A stretch of DNA of 64,000 bases from Blastocatellia bacterium (lineage in GTDB: Bacteria; Acidobacteriota; Blastocatellia; Pyrinomonadales; Pyrinomonadaceae). Below, one piece after another: positions 1-7,497 of this stretch. The notes beneath the pieces are model-generated. The model worked only from the letters and a program-made list of their open reading frames with translations. It did not search any database and was not told the origin of the DNA. The position numbers were made by a program, and so were the translations under genes. How positions within the stretch are numbered: position 1 is the first letter of the stretch; the number at the start of each line of letters is the position of its first letter. The stretch spans positions 56,349-120,348 of the forward strand of contig DNNE01000065.1 of the NCBI GenBank assembly GCA_003487805.1, read 5' to 3'.

Positions 1-2
1 AA

Positions 3-257
3 GCCGCGCGCGTAATCCTGGCTGAGGCCGAGGTCGAAATCGCTGCGCGCTTCGACAAAGCGTCAGAGTCTTATCGCAACAATCCTACGGCTATGCACCT
101 GCGCGCGATGAACATGCTGTACGAAGGCTTGAAAGAAAAAGGCGCGCTGATGATCGTGCCCAGCAGCGCAGTTGAAACAATGGGTATGGGCGGTTTGATG
201 GGTGCGGCCGCGCTCAGGCAGCAGGAGCTGACCGGAGGCAAGGAAAAGCCGGAGTGA
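3..257 (+). CDS. SPFH/band-7 (stomatin/HflC-like) protein, C-terminal end only; 5' part lies outside the window
   Basis: Frame 3 is open from the window edge to TGA at 255-257. It reads AARVILAEAEVEIAARFDKASESYRNNPTAMHLRAMNMLYEGLKEKGALMIVPSS..., typical of the C-terminal region of SPFH-domain proteins. It is absent from the ORF track only because it has no start codon in the window. Confidence 0.6.
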   Translation, partial: AARVILAEAEVEIAARFDKASESYRNNPTAMHLRAMNMLYEGLKEKGALMIVPSSAVETMGMGGLMGAAALRQQELTGGKEKPE

Positions 258-440
258 GCAAAACCGTCCGGCGGCTAGAGTGGCCCGTTTCGTGCCATTA
301 GGCACGAAATGTTTATAGCCGGTCGCACTCCTGAACTATTCAAGCCCGCGAAATCGAAATACATTTCGATTTCGCGGGCAATCTATTTTAGGAACTTGGT
401 TCTATAAACATTTCGCGCCTAAACGGCGCGAAGAAAATCG

Positions 441-716
441 CTACTGTTCTTCCGGTTCGATCTTGATCTTCATTGCTCGCAAGATCCGCAAATCTTCGTC
501 AGTGAAATCGGCTGCTGCCGTGTGGCCATCTTCTGCTTCATCATCTTCACTCTGCGGCCGCAATCCGATCTCGAGCTTCAGGGTTAGCTCCATCTCAAAT
601 CCAGCCTCGCGCAAGCGCTCGATCGCCGCAGCTACAGTTGCCGACTGCTGCACCGATTCATTGATGGCCGTACCGACTTCTTCGGCCAGCCGTTTCGTCT
701 CTTCGTCCATTTCCAC
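441..716 (-). CDS. small acidic hypothetical protein (91 aa)
   Basis: ORF with GTG start (alternative ATG two codons downstream). The product is highly acidic and helical-looking (EETKRLAEEVGTAINESVQQ...DDEAEDG...FTDEDLRILRAM). No recognisable family and no clear SD. Confidence 0.4.
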   Translation of the reverse strand: MEMDEETKRLAEEVGTAINESVQQSATVAAAIERLREAGFEMELTLKLEIGLRPQSEDDEAEDGHTAAADFTDEDLRILRAMKIKIEPEEQ

Positions 717-1004
717 GGTGCGATGCTAAGACACTCATGCGGCGAGTTCAAGCCCTAATTTGTGTCGGCAGCCCGGCCGTGTGGGGAGGCACGCGTCCCT
801 TCGTTTTCGGCTATGCCGTCTGATGTGCGGACGCGCTCTGCGCTTCCGTCCAGCTTCCATAGTGAATTTGGGGCTGCGCCCCAATAACTTCGGCATAGTC
901 CACAATCCAGTTGTGAACTCAGGGCTCTTAACATTTCGCGCCGAACGGCGCGATGTGCTAGCCTCCGAATGCTTCTTGAAACGCACTGACTGTCGCGTCG
1001 GCCT

Positions 1005-2615
1005 ATGGCGACTAAAACAAAACACGAACGCCGCGAGCATTTCACCACTTCATCAGGCATTGAACTGCCCGTCGATTTTAATCCTTCGAATAGCGAGCCG
1101 CTTGAATACGATCGCGATCTCGGTGATCCAGGCGAGTTTCCTTATACCCGCGGAATTCGGCGGAACATGTATCGCGGCCGGCTATGGACCATGCGCCAGT
1201 ACGCCGGCTATGCGACCGCGGAAGAATCGAATGCGCGCTACAAGTATCTGCTGGCCCAGGGCACAACGGGATTGTCCGTCGCCTTCGATCTGCCGACGCA
1301 GATTGGTTTGGACTCAGACGATGCTTTGGCCGCCGGTGAAGTCGGCAGAGTCGGCGTGGCGATCGATTCGCTGGAAGACATGCTGCGGTTGTTTGATGGA
1401 ATTCCGCTCGGCGAAGTTTCGACGTCGATGACGATCAATGCGACGGCGGCGATCCTTCTGTGTCTTTATCTCGCGGTTGCGCGCAAACAAAATGTCACCT
1501 TTGACAAAGTCAGCGGCACGATCCAGAACGACATTTTGAAAGAGTACATTGCGCGCGGCACATACATCTTTCCGCCGACGCCATCGTTGCGTTTGATCAC
1601 CGATACGTTCGCGTTTTGCGCGCGCGAAGTGCCCAACTGGAACACGATATCGATCAGCGGTTATCACATTCGCGAAGCCGGCGCGACCGCGGTTCAGGAG
1701 CTGGCGTTCACGCTTGCCGATGCGATCGCTTACGTGGAAGCTGCGCTTCAAGCCGGTCTCAAGATTGATGACTTCGCGCCGCGTCTCTCCTTTTTCTTTA
1801 ATTCGCACAATAACCTGCTGGAAGAGATTGCCAAGTTCCGCGCCGCCCGCCGCCTGTGGGCGCGCATCATGCGCGATCGTTTTCACGCGCGAGATCCGCG
1901 CTCGCTCATGCTCCGCTTTCACGCGCAAACCGCAGGCTCGACGCTGACGGCGCAACAACCGGAAGTCAATGTCGTGCGCACGACGATTCAGGCGCTGGCC
2001 GCGGTCCTGGGTGGCACACAGTCGCTGCACACGAACGCCATGGATGAAGCACTCGCGTTGCCGACCGAAGATGCTGCGCGCATCGCTCTGCGCACTCAGC
2101 AGGTAATCGCTTTCGAATCTGGCGTTGCTGATACGGCAGATCCGTTGGCCGGCTCGTACGCGATCGAAGAACTCACGAGTGAGGTTGAGCGGCGCGTCGT
2201 CGATTATCTCGACAAGATTGATGCGCTGGGTGGCACGCTGCACGCGATCGAAACAGGCTACATCCAGCGAGAGATTCAAAACTCAGCTTATGAATATCAG
2301 CGGGCGATCGAGACGAATGATGCAATCATTGTCGGCGTGAATCAGTTTCAGAGTGACGAAGAATCAAAAGTCAAAACTCTGCGCGTCGATCCGGCGATTG
2401 AACAAGAGCAGATCGATCGTCTGCGCGCGGTACGCGACGCCCGCGACGCGGCCGCGACTGAATCTGCTTTAGTGAGATTAGAAGAGGCGGCCCGGGGAAC
2501 TGAAAATGTCCTGCCGCGAATTCTCGACTGTGTCGATTCGTTCGCTACCGTCGGTGAGATCAGCAATCGTTTACGCACCGTTTGGGGCGAGTATCGCGAA
2601 GCCGTTACGGTGTGA
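1005..2615 (+). CDS. methylmalonyl-CoA mutase family (acyl-CoA mutase) large catalytic subunit without fused B12-binding domain
   Basis: 536-aa ORF with hallmark motifs [55 protein letters not shown] and [32 protein letters not shown]. The ORF ends before any B12-binding domain. No small subunit or MeaB-like gene follows. Confidence 0.9.
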   Translation: MATKTKHERREHFTTSSGIELPVDFNPSNSEPLEYDRDLGDPGEFPYTRGIRRNMYRGRLWTMRQYAGYATAEESNARYKYLLAQGTTGLSVAFDLPTQIGLDSDDALAAGEVGRVGVAIDSLEDMLRLFDGIPLGEVSTSMTINATAAILLCLYLAVARKQNVTFDKVSGTIQNDILKEYIARGTYIFPPTPSLRLITDTFAFCAREVPNWNTISISGYHIREAGATAVQELAFTLADAIAYVEAALQAGLKIDDFAPRLSFFFNSHNNLLEEIAKFRAARRLWARIMRDRFHARDPRSLMLRFHAQTAGSTLTAQQPEVNVVRTTIQALAAVLGGTQSLHTNAMDEALALPTEDAARIALRTQQVIAFESGVADTADPLAGSYAIEELTSEVERRVVDYLDKIDALGGTLHAIETGYIQREIQNSAYEYQRAIETNDAIIVGVNQFQSDEESKVKTLRVDPAIEQEQIDRLRAVRDARDAAATESALVRLEEAARGTENVLPRILDCVDSFATVGEISNRLRTVWGEYREAVTV

Positions 2616-2950
2616 TTTATGCCACAACAATCCTTGACTTACTCGCGTTTCAATTGATGTGTTCTGTCTTAAGCGCCGAAGGCGCTAAATGTAATAGCCC
2701 GGGCCAACGGCCCGGGTATCGGAGCCATATTGATTCGGAGCGCTGAAAGCGCGGCATACATGATACAAGCTCAAAGTATTCCGCGAATACGTTCTCGAAA
2801 AGGCCATTCCATTTCGCGCTTTCAGCGCTCTATTCGTCTCGGCCTCTGCCACCCGGCCCGCTGGGCCGGGCTTTTACATTTAACGCCTTCAGCGCCGCTC
2901 AACGATGTGTGCAATTAGCATCATTAGATGAGTTGTTGTTGCCGTAAGCT

Positions 2951-3679
2951 ATGACCTCGATCAATTTCTTTATGTCACCCGTGCTGCTGTTCTTCGCGCC
3001 CACTCGCGACACGAGTTTGGACTTTCCATTACTATTTTTGCCGGTTGCCATCGGCATCACCATAGCGGTCCTGTTGATACTCTACCGGCGAAAGCAGGCG
3101 CGAGCGCGAACGCAAATTATGAAAACGGCAGCGGCGCAATTGGGCTGGACGTTCAGTGCTAAAGCTCCCTGGAATTATATTCCCGGACTTGATCGCTTCA
3201 CCCTCTTCGGCCAGGGGCACAACAAAGAAATCAGGAACATAATGTATGGCGAAGCCAGTGGAATTAAGACCGCGGTGTTCGATTACTTTTACATCACCGG
3301 CTCTGGCAGAAGCGCTGCGAGGCATTATCAAACAGTCGTATATCTCGAGCCCGCAAATCTGGCGCTGCCATATTTTTCTCTGCGGCCCGAAGGGTTGATG
3401 TCGAAAGTCCTCTCGGCGTTTGGCTATCAGGACATCGATTTTGGACAGCGGCCGGAGTTTTCGCGGCAATACATCCTGCGCGGTCAGGACGAGCCGGCGA
3501 TTCGCCAAACTTTTAATGACGCCGTGCTTTCTTTTTACGAAAGTTATCCCGGCACCTGCACCGATGTCGGAGGGAATCAACTGTTTCTGTTTCGCGTCGG
3601 CTACGAATTTCAACCACAGGAAATTCAGTCGTACATAGGCCTGGCGCTTCAGGTCGCAAAACTGCTACGACCTTACTAG
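2951..3679 (+). CDS. hypothetical membrane-anchored protein
   Basis: 242-aa ORF with an N-terminal hydrophobic region (FPLLFLPVAIGITIAVLLILY) followed by RRKQARAR and a soluble domain. I recognise no family. Confidence 0.55.
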   Translation: MTSINFFMSPVLLFFAPTRDTSLDFPLLFLPVAIGITIAVLLILYRRKQARARTQIMKTAAAQLGWTFSAKAPWNYIPGLDRFTLFGQGHNKEIRNIMYGEASGIKTAVFDYFYITGSGRSAARHYQTVVYLEPANLALPYFSLRPEGLMSKVLSAFGYQDIDFGQRPEFSRQYILRGQDEPAIRQTFNDAVLSFYESYPGTCTDVGGNQLFLFRVGYEFQPQEIQSYIGLALQVAKLLRPY

Positions 3680-3695
3680 CTTAAGGAGTCTCAAT

Positions 3696-4631
3696 ATGAA
3701 TCGACGAGATTTTGTCGGGATTGCCGCCGCGTCGGCAGTGGCGCTTGGTCTAAAACGGCAAGGATTTGCGAAGAATTCGGCGGCGCCGCAGTTCGCTATC
3801 ACGATGGATGACTTTAATTGGCGGAATGCCGTACACCTCACCGCCGAAGAACGCAATCGGGCGATTCTCGACACCCTGGCAGCAAACAGAGTGAAAGCAG
3901 CGCTCTTTGTGATAGGCCGAAACGCTGATGCTCAGGAGGGCATGACGTTGCTGCGAAAGTGGGACCAGGCCGGACACTTGATCGGGAATCACACCTACTC
4001 GCACCGCTCACTTAATTCGGACATCACGGCTGCGGAATACGAAAACGACATCTTGCGCGCTGAGATAATTCTCATCGGCTCCAATGGTTTTCGCAAGCTG
4101 TTTCGTTATCCAATGTTGAAGGAAGGCGACACGGCCGCAAAACGAGATCACGTGCGCGCCTTTCTCAAGAGTCATGGCTATCGCATAGGTCATGTGACGA
4201 TCGATAACTCTGATTGGATCGTTGATTCGAGATTGAGCGCGCGTTTGGAAAAAGATCCGAAGGCTGACGTCAAACCGTATCGCGATTTTTATCTCGAGCA
4301 CATGTGGGACCGTGCGCAGTATTACGATTCGCTAGCGACGAAGGTAACCGGCCGCCCGGTGAAGCATACCGTCCTGATGCACTTCAATCTGCTGAATGGA
4401 TTGTTCCTCGGCGATCTGATCGAGATGTTCAAGGGCAAAGGGTGGCAACTGATCGGCGCCGAAGAAGCCTTCACTGATCCAATCTTCCGCGCTGAACCGA
4501 ATACACTTCCGGCGGGCGAGAGCATCGTCTGGTCGCTGGCGAAAGAGAAGGGAACGATTGCCAAGTCGTTGCGTTACCCGGCGGAAGATGGTGACTACGA
4601 AACCGCGCGGATGAATAAGCTGGGATTGTGA
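3696..4631 (+). CDS. polysaccharide deacetylase (NodB homology) family protein with Tat signal
   Basis: Twin-arginine leader MNRRDFVGIAAASAVALG. NodB-type motifs ITMDDF and GNHTYSH are present. SD-like GGAG lies upstream of the ATG. Confidence 0.8.
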   Translation: MNRRDFVGIAAASAVALGLKRQGFAKNSAAPQFAITMDDFNWRNAVHLTAEERNRAILDTLAANRVKAALFVIGRNADAQEGMTLLRKWDQAGHLIGNHTYSHRSLNSDITAAEYENDILRAEIILIGSNGFRKLFRYPMLKEGDTAAKRDHVRAFLKSHGYRIGHVTIDNSDWIVDSRLSARLEKDPKADVKPYRDFYLEHMWDRAQYYDSLATKVTGRPVKHTVLMHFNLLNGLFLGDLIEMFKGKGWQLIGAEEAFTDPIFRAEPNTLPAGESIVWSLAKEKGTIAKSLRYPAEDGDYETARMNKLGL

Positions 4632-4871
4632 GAATGTCGAAAGGCGCGAGCGACATTGAGTACTCGCCAACGTTTGATTCAATTCTTCGCGGCGACGAGT
4701 CGCCGCAACTCCAACAAGCGCCATCATTTTGGAGTGCGGTAACTTGTTACCGCTTTCGTTTACGAGGTAAGAAAAGCGGCGACGAGTCGCCGCACTCCAT
4801 ACCACTACTCACCGCTTCCCCTACGGTACTGACTCCATCACGTCAACGATAACTTAAGACACTACCTGAGT

Positions 4872-5198
4872 TCAGAAGAACCGCCGGCCGTTTCGCAGGA
4901 GAAATCCGAGAAACAATCCCGCGGCCGCCGAGATCAAAATTGCCTGTCCCGGTTTTCGTCGCGCATAGTCTTTTGCTTCATCGGCAATCTCATTTAAGTT
5001 CTTTCCCTGCAAGTCCTTGAACTTATCGCCGAGTACTCCGGCCTTCTCTTCAATGTAATCACTTGCGCGCGATGCCGCGTCCGCAATTTTTCTGCCGTAT
5101 TCGTTTGCCGTATCTGAAAATTCTGACATTCTGGTTTCACTCCCGAGAATCATTGATTGATTGGATTCGTTCTGGTTGTTACCCGTGACTGTATGCAT
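4872..5198 (-). CDS. DUF883 (ElaB/YqjD-like) tail-anchored stress protein
   Basis: The C-terminus ...DYARRKPGQAILISAAAGLFLGFLLRNGRR and the preceding helical region are typical of DUF883. A more likely start is the ATG at 5129 (MSEFSDTANEY), preceded by GGGAG. Confidence 0.7.
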   Translation of the reverse strand: MHTVTGNNQNESNQSMILGSETRMSEFSDTANEYGRKIADAASRASDYIEEKAGVLGDKFKDLQGKNLNEIADEAKDYARRKPGQAILISAAAGLFLGFLLRNGRRFF

Positions 5199-5387
5199 GA
5201 TTACTCCCTTTTTGTGCGCGAACAGTTTCTATACGACAGAAACCCGCGACTGGTTGCGGAAAACTCAACCACGTCGAGGCTGTTGAGAAAGACAACTCAC
5301 GCCAAGGCGCAAAGCCGCAAAGAAAAACCGCAAAGTAAGACAAGGGACCGTCTTTGGCGGTCTTGACTTTGAGCTGGGATCGATGGT

Positions 5388-5403
5388 AAGTAAGCACTTA
5401 CTT
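5388..5403. promoter_or_regulatory. perfect palindrome AAGTAAG-CA-CTTACTT, candidate TetR operator overlapping a -10 region
   Basis: 7-bp inverted repeat with a 2-bp spacer, 17 nt downstream of a TTGACT hexamer (5363-5368) and upstream of the preferred TetR start at 5470. This layout is typical of autoregulated TetR promoters. Confidence 0.5.
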
Positions 5404-5469
5404 CAGAGGTCTCAGATTTCATTGCAACCACAAAAAAGAGTTCCGGCGAATGGCGCTAACGGCGCGCGC

Positions 5470-6132
5470 ATGACGGGCGAAAACAGGCGCCTGCAAATAC
5501 TGCGCGTCGCGATGCGTCTGTTTTCACAGCGCGGCTTTCGCGGCACGACCACCAAAGAAATCGCGCTCGCCGCCGGTGTGTCTGAAGCGATGGTCTTCCG
5601 TCACTTTGCGACCAAGGAAGAGCTTTACAGCGCCATCCTCGATCACAAAGCCTGCGTTCACGAGACCATGGATCCGTTACAGGTCGTAGCCGACGCGGTG
5701 GCGGCCAGGGACGACAGTGCGGTGTTTGAAGGCTTAGCGTTGGACGCGCTCAATCAACATGATTGCGATCCGGAGTTCCATCGCCTGCTGTTGCATTCAG
5801 CCCTCGAAGAGCACGAACTGGCGCACATGTTCTGGGAGAAGTTCGTCAAGCGCGTGTATCGCACGCTGCGGAACTATATTCGCGAGCGTCAGCGCGAAGG
5901 CGCGATGAAAAACATCGAGCCGCTCGTCGTCGTGCGCGCTTTCGTCGGGATGATCATTCATCATTCACTTAACAACAATCTTTGGGATCGCCAACAGCAG
6001 TTGTTGAAGATCTCGAATCAAGCCGCCGCGCGCGAGTTCACAAACATTCTGTTGCACGGCGTCTCGGTCGAACCGCGCAAGGTTGGCGGTCCCCGCAAAG
6101 TAACTCAACGCAGAAAGCGATCGAACAAATGA
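5470..6132 (+). CDS. TetR/AcrR family transcriptional regulator
   Basis: N-terminal HTH signature RRLQILRVAMRLFSQRGFRGTTTKEIALAAGVSEAMVFRHF. The track ORF starts at 5383, but that start lies inside the palindromic operator, so ATG 5470 is preferred. The stop overlaps the next gene's start (ATGA at 6129-6132). Confidence 0.85.
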   Translation: MTGENRRLQILRVAMRLFSQRGFRGTTTKEIALAAGVSEAMVFRHFATKEELYSAILDHKACVHETMDPLQVVADAVAARDDSAVFEGLALDALNQHDCDPEFHRLLLHSALEEHELAHMFWEKFVKRVYRTLRNYIRERQREGAMKNIEPLVVVRAFVGMIIHHSLNNNLWDRQQQLLKISNQAAAREFTNILLHGVSVEPRKVGGPRKVTQRRKRSNK

Positions 6133-7385
6133 CGCGTTCACAATTCCTCAAATTAGTTGTCGTGCTTTCATTGGCGGCCGTCGCCGCCGGTGTTTTGTCG
6201 GCATGCAAGCGGTCGAACGGTCAAACCAACGCTTCGGCTTCCGCGAGTCCGACTCCTCCGGTCGTCGAAGTGAGCACCACGGCCGCGGTCATGCGGCAGC
6301 TGCCGCAGTATTTCGAAGCGACGGGCAGCCTGGCCGCGAATCAACAGACCGATGTTGCCCCGGAGACTTCAGGCAAAGTGGCCGCGGTCGGTGTTGACAT
6401 CGGCAGTTCCGTCAGGCGCGGTCAGATGCTGGTCAGACTCGAAGACGCTGACTTCAAAGACAGGGCGCAGCAGGCCCAGGCTCAGTTGGACCAGGCGAAA
6501 GCAACCCTCGATCAGAATCGGGCAAAGATTGGACTGCGACCGGGGCAGAAATTCTCGCCGGAAAATGTTCCGGAAGTTCGGGCTGCCCGCGCGGCGTTGG
6601 ATCTCGCTGACAAGAATCTGCGGCGTTACGAGAAGCTGGTTGAGAGTGGAGACATTTCGCGCGCCACCTTTGATCAGCAGCTGTCCCAGCGCGATCAAGC
6701 GGCCGAACAATATCAGACCTTGATTCATCAGGCGCAACAGAATTTCGCGACGGTAGCAAATTCGCAGGCAGCCGTTGAAATGGCGCAATCGCAGTTATCG
6801 CTGGCGAAACGAAACCTGACCTACACGACAGTTTCAGCGCCGATGGCCGGCTATGTTTTGGATCGGCCCGCCGACATCGGCGAATACATTTCGCCCCAGC
6901 AGAAGGTCGCGACAATCGTCAGTCTGAATCCGCTGCGCGCTCGCATCGATATACCCGAGCAGGCCATACCTCAGATACACCAGGGCGAAAGTGTCTCGGT
7001 AAGCGTGTCGGCTTATCCGGATCGAAATTTCTCAGGCCGGGTCGCGCGCGTGTCGCCGAGCGTGACTGCGACGTCGCGCACGCTGACTGTCGAAGCTGAT
7101 GTCGATAATCCGAATGCCGAACTGAAGCCGGGACAATTCGCGACGATTCGCATTCTGCTGCCGCACAACGCGCCCGCGGTGCTGGTGCCGCAACGGGCCC
7201 TGCGAACGATTTCGGGTGCGACCTACGTGTTCGTGATCAAGAACGGTTTCGCGCAACAGCGGCTGGTGCAGAGCGGACAAACCGAAGGCGATCTGGTGGA
7301 GTTGAAAAGCGGCGTGGCGGCGGATGAAATCGTTGCCATCAGCAACGTGGATCAGTTGAGCGATGGGGCAGCGGTAAGGCAATAG
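6129..7385 (+). CDS. RND efflux periplasmic adaptor (MFP/HlyD family) lipoprotein
   Basis: Starts MTRSQFLKLVVVLSLAAVAAGVLSAC (lipobox). Coiled-coil hairpin region (QAQAQLDQAKATLDQNRAKI...) and beta-barrel/MP domains (LKPGQFATIRI). The track's earlier start at 5982 overlaps the TetR gene and is rejected. Confidence 0.9.
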   Translation: MTRSQFLKLVVVLSLAAVAAGVLSACKRSNGQTNASASASPTPPVVEVSTTAAVMRQLPQYFEATGSLAANQQTDVAPETSGKVAAVGVDIGSSVRRGQMLVRLEDADFKDRAQQAQAQLDQAKATLDQNRAKIGLRPGQKFSPENVPEVRAARAALDLADKNLRRYEKLVESGDISRATFDQQLSQRDQAAEQYQTLIHQAQQNFATVANSQAAVEMAQSQLSLAKRNLTYTTVSAPMAGYVLDRPADIGEYISPQQKVATIVSLNPLRARIDIPEQAIPQIHQGESVSVSVSAYPDRNFSGRVARVSPSVTATSRTLTVEADVDNPNAELKPGQFATIRILLPHNAPAVLVPQRALRTISGATYVFVIKNGFAQQRLVQSGQTEGDLVELKSGVAADEIVAISNVDQLSDGAAVRQ

Positions 7386-7387
7386 GT

Positions 7388-7485
7388 GTCAGAAGTCAGT
7401 AGTCAGAAGTCAGAAGTCAGTAGTCAGTAGATCAGGTACCACGGTGATTTGATTAACAACTGACTACGAACTACTGACAACTGAC
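7388..7485. repeat. low-complexity 'word' palindrome (GTCAGAAGTCAGTAG-type words, inverted copy downstream)
   Basis: 7388-7430 is GTCAGAAGTCAGTAGTCAGAAGTCAGAAGTCAGTAGTCAGTAG. 7460-7485 CTGACTACGAACTACTGACAACTGAC is its imperfect complement, followed by GGGGTTTT. It lies between the MFP and RND genes. Confidence 0.8.
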
Positions 7486-7497
7486 GGGGTTTTCAAA

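Noticed and set aside
1314-2279. Long antisense ORFs in the track: 1314-2279(-), 7464-8237(-), 8415-9068(-), 9307-10005(-), 25156-25851(-), 28058-28684(-), 30511-31194(+), 36062-36703(+), 42147-42779(-), 47363-47989(-), 18964-19668(-).
   Set aside because: Each lies fully inside a gene on the opposite strand that has strong family motifs. Their products are Arg/Ala/Pro-rich, low-complexity sequences, typical of shadow ORFs in GC-rich coding DNA.
5982-6128. Upstream extension of the MFP gene, and the 5383 start of the TetR gene.
   Set aside because: The MFP extension overlaps the TetR coding region, whereas ATG 6129 gives a clean lipoprotein signal with ATGA coupling. The TetR 5383 start lies inside the palindromic operator / -10 region.
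7388-7430. Possible CRISPR array, or possible phase-variable coding repeats, for the tandem word arrays (also 62213-62259 and 52397-52424).
   Set aside because: The units are 7-16 nt, are directly abutting without unique spacers, and have complementary arms nearby. No cas genes are present.
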